DNA from: Candidatus Saccharimonadales bacterium | GTDB taxonomy: Bacteria; Patescibacteriota; Saccharimonadia; Saccharimonadales; UBA4665 | Assembly: GCA_035478715.1 (NCBI GenBank) | Contig: DATIJK010000041.1 | Location: 2,550-66,549 of the forward strand | Direction: 5' to 3' | Length of the DNA stretch: 64,000 bases | Part shown: positions 1-10,273 of the stretch, one piece after another | How positions within the stretch are numbered: position 1 is the stretch's first letter | Layout of the letters: each line of letters starts with the position of its first letter | Made by a program: the position numbers and the translations under genes | Notes under the pieces: model-generated | What the model was told of the DNA's origin: nothing | What the model saw: only the letters and a program-made list of their open reading frames with translations | Databases searched by the model: none

Positions 1-1
1 G

Positions 2-1588
2 CGCTTAAAACCCGAAGTACTGGCGGTAACTATCCACGGCAAATCGATCATGGATGTTTGTCAGCTTTCCATCGATGATGCGCTCGGTTGGTTCGACGAA
101 CTTCACTTGAGCGATACGGAATTACATATCGCCAAGCAAATTTTTAAAGAAATTAAAGCCCGCTTGAATTTTCTGCAGGAAGTTGGTTTGAACTATCTGA
201 ACCTGTTACGAAGCGCGACGACGCTTTCTGGTGGTGAAGCCCAGCGTATCAGGTTAGCCACGCAAATCGGTTCTGGATTGCAAGGGGTTTTGTATGTTTT
301 GGATGAACCGAGCATCGGCCTGCACCAACGGGATAATAATCGTCTGATTAAGACACTCAAACATCTGCGTGATTTGGGAAATACGGTAATCGTGGTTGAA
401 CATGATGAAGAAACAATTAGAACAGCGGATCATTTATTGGATATTGGACCAGGTGCCGGCGTACACGGCGGGCAAATTATTGCCCAAGGTTCTCCAACTG
501 AAGTAGAAAAAGTTAAAGAAAGTATAACCGCGCAGTACCTGAAAGGCGTCAAATCGATTCCGGTGCCGAAAAAACGGCGGGCAGGGAATGATAAGGAATT
601 AGTCATCAAAGGTGCGCGCGAAAATAACCTGCAATCGATAGATGTGACAATTCCACTTGGAAAATTCGTTGTCGTGAGCGGTGTATCCGGTTCGGGCAAA
701 TCAAGTTTGATCAATGATATTCTGTCGAAAGAACTACAAGCACGATTGATGCGTGCCAACACTGTCCCAGGCAAGCATGATGATATCCGGGGAATCAAAC
801 AATTAGACAAAGCTATAGTCATCGACCAATCGCCGATCGGACGTACGCCACGGTCAAATCCCGCAACATATACCGGTCTTTTTACGCCAATCCGAGAGCT
901 GTTTGCACAAACTCCAGAAGCTAAACTCCGTGGCTATTCACCAGGCCGGTTCAGTTTCAATGTCAAAGGCGGCCGCTGCGAAAATTGTGCAGGAGATGGC
1001 ATCATCAAGATCGAGATGCACTTTTTGCCTGATGTCTATGTACCGTGCGAAGTCTGCTATGGCAAACGCTACAACCGCGAAGCGTTGGAAATCCATTACA
1101 AAGGCAAGACCATCAGCGACGTGCTGGAAATGACGTGCGAAACAGCGTTAGAATTTTTTGAAAACCAGCCCAGCATTGCCCGCAAACTACAGACACTTGT
1201 TGATGTTGGTTTAGGTTATATTGGACTCGGTCAGCCTGCCACAACATTATCCGGCGGCGAAGCGCAACGTATCAAACTTTCCACTGAATTAAGCCGAAGA
1301 GCAACTGGGCGCACCCTTTATATTCTCGACGAACCGACAACTGGTCTGCACATGGCCGACGTCGACAAATTGCTGAATATGCTCCACGCGCTGGTTGAAG
1401 CTGGCAACAGCATGATAGTAATCGAACATAACCTTGACGTAATAAAAAATGCCGACTGGCTGATTGACATGGGCCCCGAAGGTGGCGCCGGCGGCGGCAG
1501 AATCATAGCCGAAGGCACGCCGGAACAAGTAGCAAAAGTCCCCGAGTCCTACACCGGCCAATTCCTAAAAAAGATGTTACGCAGCTAA
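2..1588 (+). CDS. uvrA: Excinuclease ABC subunit UvrA, C-terminal portion (5' end outside window)
   Basis: Frame of ORF 50..1588 stays open to the window edge ([19 protein letters not shown]...). Two ABC signature/Walker B sets ([24 protein letters not shown] and [24 protein letters not shown]), Walker [11 protein letters not shown], and zinc-finger [17 protein letters not shown] typical of UvrA. Confidence 0.95.
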   Translation, partial: RLKPEVLAVTIHGKSIMDVCQLSIDDALGWFDELHLSDTELHIAKQIFKEIKARLNFLQEVGLNYLNLLRSATTLSGGEAQRIRLATQIGSGLQGVLYVLDEPSIGLHQRDNNRLIKTLKHLRDLGNTVIVVEHDEETIRTADHLLDIGPGAGVHGGQIIAQGSPTEVEKVKESITAQYLKGVKSIPVPKKRRAGNDKELVIKGARENNLQSIDVTIPLGKFVVVSGVSGSGKSSLINDILSKELQARLMRANTVPGKHDDIRGIKQLDKAIVIDQSPIGRTPRSNPATYTGLFTPIRELFAQTPEAKLRGYSPGRFSFNVKGGRCENCAGDGIIKIEMHFLPDVYVPCEVCYGKRYNREALEIHYKGKTISDVLEMTCETALEFFENQPSIARKLQTLVDVGLGYIGLGQPATTLSGGEAQRIKLSTELSRRATGRTLYILDEPTTGLHMADVDKLLNMLHALVEAGNSMIVIEHNLDVIKNADWLIDMGPEGGAGGGRIIAEGTPEQVAKVPESYTGQFLKKMLRS

Positions 1589-2212
1589 ACGTTCGGTCGC
1601 CTGCGAACGCCCAGCTGCAAGAGCTACGCCGATAAGGTCAATTGCTCGTCCTGGATCCGAGTACCAGGCTTGTGTTTCTTGTTTCGGACTGCAAACAGGG
1701 ACGTTTGCATCATATGGATTGTCGTTAGGCATCGGTCCATTCTCGAATGTGTTAGCAGCTACCCATGCTGTATTATGTAAGCCGTCCTTATCTGGTACTG
1801 CATACCAACCCCCTTTTCGCACCGATTTGGGCTGTCCTGAATTTGGAGGAATTCTGCAAATAACAGTATATGAATGGCCCGCGACAGTCTTCCCGATTTT
1901 CGCCGCTCCAACAGTAAGTTTATCAAAGATGGGGGCAGACCACTCGGCAGTTTCAGAAACATAGTCTGATGATGGTGCTGTCGGGATATTCGGTGTCGAC
2001 GGGACCGTGTTGCCTGAGCTGCCTGCAGCAGCTGTAGGTGTATTTGATTCAGAAACTGAACGAGAGGCTGAGCTGCTTGTGCAGCCAGCAAGTATAAGAA
2101 GCCCTGCTAACATGCTGGCAGTTACTTTTTCTTCAAATGTAATTTCGGCACCAGCATCAATCGAATGTAACGCAGGTGCACGATTTCTGTGAAGTATACC
2201 CATTGAAGTCAT
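1577..2212 (-). CDS. Hypothetical exported protein, possible lipoprotein
   Basis: 211-aa ORF. Hydrophobic segment ends in a lipobox-like LILAGC, followed by a Ser/Thr/Pro-rich linker. Convergent 12-bp overlap with the uvrA stop. No catalytic motif recognised. Confidence 0.5.
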   Translation of the reverse strand: MTSMGILHRNRAPALHSIDAGAEITFEEKVTASMLAGLLILAGCTSSSASRSVSESNTPTAAAGSSGNTVPSTPNIPTAPSSDYVSETAEWSAPIFDKLTVGAAKIGKTVAGHSYTVICRIPPNSGQPKSVRKGGWYAVPDKDGLHNTAWVAANTFENGPMPNDNPYDANVPVCSPKQETQAWYSDPGRAIDLIGVALAAGRSQATERLAA

Positions 2213-2308
2213 TCTTTCTAATCATCAAAACCAATAGTATAAGCCCTATCCCGAAACGAGATTGTTAAATTTTTATCAAAATCTGAAAAGGACGTTCCTT
2301 TTAAGGCG

Positions 2309-2956
2309 TTATTTTGTGTCAGTTTTGTGTTTTGTAAAACGGTTTCGAATTTTGGCGTGGAATTTTTTATCTGTTGCCAAGTGCCAGATTAGGGGGCTGA
2401 AGGTGAACGCCGATGCGATTAAAACTGCTAACAAAAAGTAATGGTCGATGTTGGGGATTTTATTACCGATCCAAAATCCTAGCAGTGTTACTATTACTGC
2501 CCATGCCGTATCGCCTATTGCATCGTATATGATAAACCTTTTTCTATCCATGTGGCCGATGCCGGCGACGATGGGGGCGAATGTGCGGACAATTGGTACG
2601 AAGTGCGCGAGCAGCATCGTTTTAGTTCCGAAACGCTCGTAGAATTTTTCGGCGCGGTGCAGATATTCTTGGCGGAACAGCAATCCGTCCTTTTTCTTGA
2701 ACATGTTTCGGCCATACCGTTCACCGATGATGTAGCCGACGTTATCGCCGATAATCGCAGCTATTGCAACGACCGCGATTACCCAGCCTAACGGCAACTT
2801 CCCCTGGGCGGCAAATGCGCCGGCAGTCAATAAAAGTGTGTCGCCGGGCATGAAAAATCCGACCAGCATGCCGGACTCAGAAAATATAATTCCGCCAATA
2901 ATTAAAAGACCGAATAAAACACCGGCACCGTCTAACAAACTTGCGGGATTTAACAT
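2309..2956 (-). CDS. DedA/VTT-family membrane protein
   Basis: FFMPGDTLLLTAGAFAAQG..IIGDNVGYIIGERYG..LLAHFVPIVRTFAPIVAGIG is the DedA core. The track ORF extends to 3034, but I prefer the ATG at 2956 (MLNPASLL). Confidence 0.85.
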   Translation of the reverse strand: MLNPASLLDGAGVLFGLLIIGGIIFSESGMLVGFFMPGDTLLLTAGAFAAQGKLPLGWVIAVVAIAAIIGDNVGYIIGERYGRNMFKKKDGLLFRQEYLHRAEKFYERFGTKTMLLAHFVPIVRTFAPIVAGIGHMDRKRFIIYDAIGDTAWAVIVTLLGFWIGNKIPNIDHYFLLAVLIASAFTFSPLIWHLATDKKFHAKIRNRFTKHKTDTK

Positions 2957-3195
2957 TATTAATAATCGTAACGGTTTTTGAAGCTTTTTACTACTGGGAA
3001 CCACTTTTATAACTTTTATCTGATGTGACAGCAAGGCTGGTGAGTGCCAATTTTTTGTAGTGGGAGGAAGCGTAACTGCTGTTACAGTGACGAGTGATAC
3101 AAATAATTGGTGCCGCCTGGGTTGATCGTAACTGATAAAAGATGTGAAAGGGGTTCCACATTTGTTATAATATTTATCAACTTTAAGGAGTTTTT

Positions 3196-3936
3196 ATGGA
3201 TTCAGTCACTTTGGATTTAGATCCGAGAGAAATTACTGGTAAAAAAGTCAAACAATTACGAAAAGCCGGCATAGTTCCCGGCGTGATTCACGACCATGGC
3301 AAAGAGTCCATCCACGTGCAGGCCGAGTACCAGACTTTGTATAAGGTTTACTCAACTGCAGGGCGGCACCACCCAGTCGAGCTCAAAGCCAATGGCAAAA
3401 AATATACGGCTTTGATAAAATCAGTCAGCCTTGATCCGAAATATAATTCGTTGACACACATCGTCTTTAACGCTGTCAAAGCGAACGAAAAGGTCGAAGC
3501 AGAAATCCCGATCCGTCCGAAATATGGCGAAGGCAATGATAGTACTCCGGCAGAACGCGCAAGTTTGATCGTCCTTACAAATCTTGAGTCCGTACAAGTA
3601 AAAGCTTTGCCGAAAGATCTGCCGGAATATCTCGAATATGATGCCGAAAAACTAGTTGAAGTGGGCGACCATGTGACCGTTGCAGATCTGAATATTCCTG
3701 ATGGTGTCGAAATCGAGACCGAACCCGAACACGCGGTAGCGACTGTATACGAACCAAGCGCATTGCAGGCAGCAAACGACGCTGCCGGTGGCGATGCCGA
3801 AGCGGAAGCGGCCGAAGACGTAGAGTCCGAACACGAAAGTGGCACCGAAGAGGGTACCCAGAAAGACGAAATCCGCCCAGGCGGTAAAGAAGAAAAAGAA
3901 GACAAAACCCAGGGCCACGGCGAACAGAGCAAATAA
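3196..3936 (+). CDS. rplY: Ribosomal protein L25, Ctc (long) form
   Basis: N-terminus LDPREITGKKVKQLRKAGIVPGVIH..HVQAEYQTL, a beta-barrel core, then an acidic C-terminal tail. AAGGAG RBS and a TGTTATAAT extended -10 upstream (3163-3171). Confidence 0.85.
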   Translation: MDSVTLDLDPREITGKKVKQLRKAGIVPGVIHDHGKESIHVQAEYQTLYKVYSTAGRHHPVELKANGKKYTALIKSVSLDPKYNSLTHIVFNAVKANEKVEAEIPIRPKYGEGNDSTPAERASLIVLTNLESVQVKALPKDLPEYLEYDAEKLVEVGDHVTVADLNIPDGVEIETEPEHAVATVYEPSALQAANDAAGGDAEAEAAEDVESEHESGTEEGTQKDEIRPGGKEEKEDKTQGHGEQSK

Positions 3937-3971
3937 ATCTGATATCCCAAGCCTTTTAAAGTGCGGTGCAG

Positions 3972-4547
3972 CTAAGCAGGAAATTTTGCTTGTGCTGATG
4001 GTGTAAACCATTGCTCCTGTTGCATGATTGCAACATCTCCAAGCTGTGGACTTTTTGGAAACCACTGCGTATCTGGTATTTGAGTACATTCTTTTGGTAC
4101 GGCTGTATTGTTAACTGTGAGAACTAGTCGTACCTCAAAACCGACTGGTCCGCCGCCAACAAATGCGAATACATTTTTCCCGTTCGGGCCCTGGATTATA
4201 CGGCTCCAATGAACATCAGCTTCAGCGCCCGGACTCGGCGTATACCAACCCATCTGTATACCTCTGTAACCGGTTCCACGCGGCAGATCGCGCGTGTGAG
4301 CTACTAGACCATGCGTCCATTCTGCTGGTTTTTTCCCTTTTGCCGTGGGATCGCCGGGATATATTTGACTGTACGACGCATATGATGAGCATGTATTTGG
4401 CGGCAGTCCTGGATAGCTTGAAGCACTTGGTTTTGACGAACTGCTTGTGCACGCTGCTGCCAGTAATATAGATGCAGCAACTACACCATATGCTCGGGCA
4501 TCACGCCTTCTGACGAAATTTCCAACCCGTTCTGCCGCTGCACCCAT
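3972..4547 (-). CDS. Hypothetical exported protein (signal peptide, possible lipoprotein)
   Basis: N-terminal RRRDARAYGVVAASILLAAAC followed by a Ser-rich linker. No known domain recognised. Confidence 0.45.
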   Translation of the reverse strand: MGAAAERVGNFVRRRDARAYGVVAASILLAAACTSSSSKPSASSYPGLPPNTCSSYASYSQIYPGDPTAKGKKPAEWTHGLVAHTRDLPRGTGYRGIQMGWYTPSPGAEADVHWSRIIQGPNGKNVFAFVGGGPVGFEVRLVLTVNNTAVPKECTQIPDTQWFPKSPQLGDVAIMQQEQWFTPSAQAKFPA

Positions 4548-4663
4548 AAATCGCCCTCTGCTATCACAATTCTATTATTAGCAGGGCTTATGAATTTAGA
4601 CAGTTAGTTATCAGATATTAAAGCAAGATAAAAAATTACTAAAACAGTGGCAATGGGTGCAAA

Positions 4664-6436
4664 TTAATCTTCGATGAAGCCGCCGGATTGGTGCGCCCAA
4701 AGACGGGCGTACGTGCCGTTCTTTTCTTTCAGGAGTTTCTTGTGTGGACCTTCTTCTATGATTTTGCCGTCGACCATCACTACGATGCGGTCCATTTTTT
4801 GGATTGTGCTCAGTCGGTGGGCGATGACGATGACCGTGCGGCCTTTCATAAGCTCCCACAATGCTTTCTGAACTTCGATTTCGTTTTCGCTGTCGAGCGC
4901 GCTGGTTGCTTCGTCTAACATTAGTATTGGGGCATCTTTTAATATAGCGCGGGCAATGGCAACGCGCTGCCGCTGGCCGCCGGACAATTTAACGCCGCGT
5001 TCGCCAACCAGCGTGTCATATCCGTTCGGCAACGATTCTATGAATGTATGCGCGTTGGCTTTTTTAGCGGCAGCGACGATTTCCGACTGGCTAGCGTCGC
5101 GTTTGCCATACGCGATGTTTTCACTGATTGAGCGATGGAATAACAAGGGGTCCTGGGCAACGTAGGCGATAGAATTTCGCAAGCTTGCTTGGGTTATTTC
5201 TTTTATTTCCTGGCCGTCAAATAAAATCTGTCCTGATTGAATCTCTTCGAACCGCAAAATTAATCGAGTAAGTGTTGACTTACCGCCGCCGCTTGGACCG
5301 ACCAGGCCGACTTTTTCGCCTGGATTAACATGCAAGCTGAAGTTCTCAAACACTTCCTGGTCACTTGTCTTTTCTTTGTACGCGAATGTAACATCCCGGA
5401 ATTCGATATCACCGTCAGTCACTTTCAGCTCCGATGCATCCGGCTTATCCGTAATCTCAATTTTTTCGAGCAGCATCTTAGTCATCGGCGCCGCTTTCAA
5501 AAACGATTCTTCAACTTGCCGGATCATATTGTTTATATCAAAAAGCCGGTTTGTCAGGTTGAACGTATACGTAAATGCAAAAATGCCGGTGGCTAAAATC
5601 ACCGGATCTGTGTGTGAAAGATGCATGAGTATAAGCAATGTGCTGAATTGCATGAAGAGTAATAAAACCATCCGGTCTGAGCCGCTTCGTGCCGAACGCT
5701 GCCAGTCCCGCACTCGCAAAGCTACTAACTTTTTGTTTAATTTTTTGTTCTGCGCAATCTCGTAGTGTTCACTAGCAAAAGTTTTTATTGTCTGGATATT
5801 AACGATTGAATCTGCCAAATGAGCGGTCGAATTTTGTTCTGCGATGTGTCGTTTCATCCTGAGCTTTTTTCGGGTTCGACTGTCAAAGTAAGCCCAGATC
5901 AGCGTGATAGTCACAGTAATCGTGAGAGCCACCCCGAGCTGCCATGAATTGATATATACGACGACGATGCCGACGAGCAACACGCCTATAAAGGACAGGG
6001 CGTTAGTAATTGTTGTAAGTGCAAGCGTGCTGTATGACGCGACATAATCCATCAAGTCAGCAATTAGTTTGCCGCTGATGCTATTTGCATGGTAACCGGC
6101 ACTTCGCTGCAATAATCTTGCATATAATTTTGTGTGCAGATCGGCGAGCGTCTGTGCAAGCAGTCGGTTAAATGCAGTCATTCCAACTCTATTGAATAGA
6201 AATCCGAAAAATGACGCGACGGCCAATAGTTCCAGATATTTGTGCAGCTCGGTACTCTGGTGAGCCAGGCCAGCAAAAATACGGCCGGCCAGGAACGGTA
6301 CGGCTACACTGATCAATATTGCACCAAGAACTGTCAGAAATGCCTGGTAGAAATCGCGCTTATGCCGCGTCGTGGCACGCCAAAAAATACGTAAAGTACT
6401 AGCCGCCAGAATGTCTGAATCGTCGTTATTTGCCAT
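4664..6436 (-). CDS. ABC exporter, fused permease/ATPase (MsbA-like half transporter), paralog 1
   Basis: Six-TM N-terminal domain; Walker A GPSGGGKST, signature LSGGQRQRVAIARA, Walker B ILMLDEATSALD, H-loop IAHRLST. ATG at 6436 is preferred over 6493 (AGGA RBS upstream). Confidence 0.9.
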   Translation of the reverse strand: MANNDDSDILAASTLRIFWRATTRHKRDFYQAFLTVLGAILISVAVPFLAGRIFAGLAHQSTELHKYLELLAVASFFGFLFNRVGMTAFNRLLAQTLADLHTKLYARLLQRSAGYHANSISGKLIADLMDYVASYSTLALTTITNALSFIGVLLVGIVVVYINSWQLGVALTITVTITLIWAYFDSRTRKKLRMKRHIAEQNSTAHLADSIVNIQTIKTFASEHYEIAQNKKLNKKLVALRVRDWQRSARSGSDRMVLLLFMQFSTLLILMHLSHTDPVILATGIFAFTYTFNLTNRLFDINNMIRQVEESFLKAAPMTKMLLEKIEITDKPDASELKVTDGDIEFRDVTFAYKEKTSDQEVFENFSLHVNPGEKVGLVGPSGGGKSTLTRLILRFEEIQSGQILFDGQEIKEITQASLRNSIAYVAQDPLLFHRSISENIAYGKRDASQSEIVAAAKKANAHTFIESLPNGYDTLVGERGVKLSGGQRQRVAIARAILKDAPILMLDEATSALDSENEIEVQKALWELMKGRTVIVIAHRLSTIQKMDRIVVMVDGKIIEEGPHKKLLKEKNGTYARLWAHQSGGFIED

Positions 6437-6473
6437 AACCGTCCTAACTGTTACCTGTAATTGTACGCTGAAA

Positions 6474-8231
6474 TCATTCGTCGATAAACCCACCGGACTG
6501 ATGTTGCCACAGCCGTGCGTACTCGCCGCCCAGTTTCAATAGCTCCTGATGCGAACCTTGTTCGATGATGCTGCCTTTTTCAATCACGATGATGCGGTCC
6601 ATCTTCTGGATCGTACTCAATCTATGTGCAATCACTATCGCTGTGCGATCTTTCAGAAGGTCTTTTAATGCTTTCTGGATGAGTTTTTCGCTCTCGCTAT
6701 CGAGCGCGCTAGTGGCCTCGTCGAGCATTAGAATGGGCGCTTGCTTCAGAATAGCCCGTGCAATTGCGACTCTTTGCCGCTGGCCGCCTGATAACTTGAC
6801 GCCTCGTTCACCAACTAATGTATCATAGCCCTCTGAAAGATGGCTGATAAATTCGTGAGCTTGCGCATGCTCAGCTGCTGCGATGACTTCAGATTCAGTC
6901 GCGTCAGGCCTGCCGTACGCGATGTTTTCACGGATTGTGCGGTGGAACATGGCAGTATCCTGCGGAACGAACGCGATCAGGTCGGTCAAAGAGCGGTTGT
7001 CTGCTTCGGTGCCATCGACCAGTAATTCGCCGGGTTTCAGCGGGTAATAGCCAAGCATCAGGGACATCAGCGTTGATTTGCCGCCGCCGCTGTGGCCGAC
7101 CAGGCCGATCTTCTCGCCTTGCTTGATCGTGATGTTTATATCATCAAGCACCGGCACATCTGGTTTGTCAGGGTAGGCGAAAGACAGGTTCCGTAATTCC
7201 AGCGACGTATTGAAATGTTCCAATCTTGGTATCGGTTCATCATCTCTGCTTGAATCGGAAATGATGTTCCGTTCGCCAAACAGATATTTGTACGCTTCCT
7301 CGATGTTGGCGATTTTTATATTCAGCTGCGAAGTATCCCACACGACTTCCCAGATGAAATTTGAAAACAGGACGATTGCCGTCAGGAACGTCGTCACCTG
7401 TGCCAGGCCGATCTGCCCGTGCACGTACAGATAGACGTTGACGATGAACGCGGCTGACCATATCAGCCATCTGACGCAGATACTCATGAAACCCCAGAAA
7501 AGTACGGCTTTGAAAAACGAATATTTTGCCGCATCAATCACGCCGCGGCGGGCATCGTAAATCCGCATCGCTTCACGGCGTTCGCTCCTGAAAGCTTTCA
7601 CCGTCACGAAATTGGCGATGGAATCCACCGCGAATCCGTCCAAGCTTGATTGCTTATCGGCGGTTTTCCGTTCGGCTTTTGACATCTCACGGGCAAGTAT
7701 CCTGCCGGTCACATACATGAGGATAATGCCGGCGCTGAATATCAAGCCCGTATAAATATTGACCGTAAACATAGTAATCAATATCACTGGTAGTGAGACG
7801 ATCAAGTTGATGTATTGATAGTGGAAATCAGTGCGTACTTCGCGGAATGAACGGCCCAGGCTGGCAATGTAGCTGCTGATCTTACCGGTGAAGTTATTGA
7901 CGAAATAGCCGTAGTCGTGGCGCAAGACATTCTGAAAAACGATGTCTTCGTAACGGTTGGAAGGCTCTATGAGTAGTTTCCAGTTCATGAATTCTGCCGA
8001 TCGCCAGAAGATGTCATGACCGACGCTTGCCGCGATGACCAACACCGTCCAGATCAGGATTCCGCTTGAATCGTGGCTGGTCAGGCTGCCAGTCAATTTA
8101 CCGATGATCCATGGTACCAGCGTGATGACAATATCCGCCAGGGCGAATACGATCGCAGTCGCCAAGAACGGTTTTTTGAATGTGCCGCAATACGATATGA
8201 ATGATCGTATGGCGGGGTATTTCTTAAACAT
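6474..8231 (-). CDS. ABC exporter, fused permease/ATPase, paralog 2
   Basis: Walker A GHSGGGKST, LSGGQRQRVAIARA, ILMLDEATSALD, IAHRLST. ATG at 8231 (MFKKYPAIRSF) preferred. Confidence 0.9.
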   Translation of the reverse strand: MFKKYPAIRSFISYCGTFKKPFLATAIVFALADIVITLVPWIIGKLTGSLTSHDSSGILIWTVLVIAASVGHDIFWRSAEFMNWKLLIEPSNRYEDIVFQNVLRHDYGYFVNNFTGKISSYIASLGRSFREVRTDFHYQYINLIVSLPVILITMFTVNIYTGLIFSAGIILMYVTGRILAREMSKAERKTADKQSSLDGFAVDSIANFVTVKAFRSERREAMRIYDARRGVIDAAKYSFFKAVLFWGFMSICVRWLIWSAAFIVNVYLYVHGQIGLAQVTTFLTAIVLFSNFIWEVVWDTSQLNIKIANIEEAYKYLFGERNIISDSSRDDEPIPRLEHFNTSLELRNLSFAYPDKPDVPVLDDINITIKQGEKIGLVGHSGGGKSTLMSLMLGYYPLKPGELLVDGTEADNRSLTDLIAFVPQDTAMFHRTIRENIAYGRPDATESEVIAAAEHAQAHEFISHLSEGYDTLVGERGVKLSGGQRQRVAIARAILKQAPILMLDEATSALDSESEKLIQKALKDLLKDRTAIVIAHRLSTIQKMDRIIVIEKGSIIEQGSHQELLKLGGEYARLWQHQSGGFIDE

Positions 8232-8239
8232 ATTTAAAC

Positions 8240-10012
8240 CTATTCCTCGATGAATCCGCCGGACTGGTGGCGCCATAATTTGGCGTACGTGCCTTTTGCT
8301 TTAAGTAGTTCATTATGTGTCCCTTGTTCGATTATTTTTCCGTCGTCCAATACGACGATCCGATCCATTTTCTGGATGGTGCTTAACCGATGTGCAATGA
8401 CGATGGCGGTTCGTCCGGCCATCAATTGCCACAGGGCGGCTTGAATCAAGCGCTCGCTTTCGGAATCGAGCGCACTGGTTGCTTCGTCCAACAACAGTAT
8501 CGGCGCGTCTTTTAATATCGCGCGTGCAATAGCGATACGCTGTCTTTGTCCGCCAGACAGTTTTACACCTCGTTCGCCCACCAGCGTTTCGTAACCGTTC
8601 GGTAGACTCCGGATGAATTCGTCTGCATTAGCTTTTTTGGCTGATCTGAAAATTTCACTTTCTTTAGCGCCGGTTTTGCCGTATGCGATGTTATCACTGA
8701 TGCTGCGATGGAACAGCAGTGGTTCCTGCGGAACATATGCAATATGTGAGCGTAAGTCATCCTGTGTAATCCGGGCGATATTCTGGCCATCGATCAATAT
8801 TTCGCCGCCGTCAAGGTCTGAGAAACGCAGCAGTAAGCGTGTAAAAGTAGTTTTGCCGGAACCGGAATGGCCGACAAGCCCGACTTTCTCGCCTGCTTTG
8901 ATGCTCAGGTTCAGCTTATCAAACAAGGCGTCATCGGCACCATTATGAGTGAAGATTACGTTCTCGAACGCAATCGCACCTTTTTTGATGCGGACTTTTT
9001 CGGGCTTCTCCGGATCGACGACTTCGGGCTTTTGCAACAGGATTTCGGTCATTTCGCTGGCATCTCCGATCGATCGGTTGAAGTTACGCAGGCTGTTCAA
9101 GCTGAACTGGAAAAGTTGCACACAAATGGATGTCGAGTAACTCAGTATCAGAAAAACGATTGCCAGATTCGCATGAAAAACTAAGACGCCTGCTACTGCC
9201 ATAAACAGTGCCGTTGCTGAAATCAAGCGTGTTGCGGATCCGGTATATGCGTTTTGCCGTTGATGTGCGCCGGCCAATCTTAATAGCGCTGACATAGATT
9301 TTAGAGTCGCTTTATCAAACTGGCGGTTTTCGTACTTTCCACCTGCAAAACTTTTTACAGCCATTACATTCGTGATGTTATCGGCTAGATATCCGGTTTG
9401 TGCGCTTTCTATTGTGGAGTAATCTTTTACGAGTTGGCGTGTCCTTCGGGTGATGTAAAACGACCATAAGATATAGGTGATCGAAAAAATAAACAGTATT
9501 ACAGAATAGAGCGGTACACTAAACGCTAAAATTACGCATGCCCAAACTATACCAGCCACCATTGGGCCGACTTGAAATACCACAGTATCTGCTAGACGGA
9601 TATATGAACTTAGCAGTTTATTATATTGCGACACCAGAGATCCGCCGAAGTGGTTGGCGTGGAAATCGGCACTTTGGTCCATCAGGTGCGAAAAAACTTT
9701 GCGCGCCAAATCTCTCTCAACATTTCCTTCGAGCCGCCACATAAAGTGGTCCACCAGCCGCCACATTATTAAGCCACCGGTCAAAATCAATAGCGCATAG
9801 CCTACAATTGCCGGCCCGAAGCTATGCCAAAGCTGATGCGGAACGTAGTCACCGGTGCTGAGTCGGTTTAAGACATGCGCGACGATTAACGGCGGTAAAT
9901 ACGAATCAATCAGAACGGTCACAGGCAACGTGATACAGACCCCTAGCACAATACGGGGGTAGCGCCAAACGGCCGACCAATATAAACGGATAGTCTCCTT
10001 CATGAGATTCAT
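8240..10012 (-). CDS. ABC exporter, fused permease/ATPase, paralog 3
   Basis: Walker A GHSGSGKTT, LSGGQRQRIAIARA, ILLLDEATSALD, IAHRLST. AAGGGA RBS upstream of the ATG at 10012. Confidence 0.9.
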   Translation of the reverse strand: MNLMKETIRLYWSAVWRYPRIVLGVCITLPVTVLIDSYLPPLIVAHVLNRLSTGDYVPHQLWHSFGPAIVGYALLILTGGLIMWRLVDHFMWRLEGNVERDLARKVFSHLMDQSADFHANHFGGSLVSQYNKLLSSYIRLADTVVFQVGPMVAGIVWACVILAFSVPLYSVILFIFSITYILWSFYITRRTRQLVKDYSTIESAQTGYLADNITNVMAVKSFAGGKYENRQFDKATLKSMSALLRLAGAHQRQNAYTGSATRLISATALFMAVAGVLVFHANLAIVFLILSYSTSICVQLFQFSLNSLRNFNRSIGDASEMTEILLQKPEVVDPEKPEKVRIKKGAIAFENVIFTHNGADDALFDKLNLSIKAGEKVGLVGHSGSGKTTFTRLLLRFSDLDGGEILIDGQNIARITQDDLRSHIAYVPQEPLLFHRSISDNIAYGKTGAKESEIFRSAKKANADEFIRSLPNGYETLVGERGVKLSGGQRQRIAIARAILKDAPILLLDEATSALDSESERLIQAALWQLMAGRTAIVIAHRLSTIQKMDRIVVLDDGKIIEQGTHNELLKAKGTYAKLWRHQSGGFIEE

Positions 10013-10273
10013 GACAAAATTCCCTTTGTTGAATTTCGATTTGTATTAAAAAGTAAAGATACTTTGGATTTTAACGTTTTAAGAGGTGTTAATATCTCTG
10101 AAAGTTAATGAGATTTGCCAAAAGCGGCACACGTGCCACTAACAAATTGCTGGTTCATTGCTAACATTTTTCGCCGCCTCCGACTTAGTTTGATAATGAA
10201 TGAAGATTATTGTATACTAAATATACAGAAATTGCAACCCTGTTGTTAACGGAAGGTGTGGATAACAGTAACG

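Noticed and set aside
2286-2302. Weak hairpin AAAAGGA-CGT-TCCTTTT downstream of the DedA gene as a terminator
   Set aside because: The stem is only 7 bp and mostly A-T, with no convincing U-tract on the minus strand. That is too weak to annotate.
430-9744. Numerous 60-130-aa ORFs antisense to or out of frame within uvrA and the three ABC exporter genes (e.g. 430..822, 5376..5765, 6565..6828, 8613..8948)
   Set aside because: They are embedded in long ORFs with unambiguous Walker/signature motifs. They have low-complexity or Cys/Arg/Ser-rich composition and no independent initiation signals.
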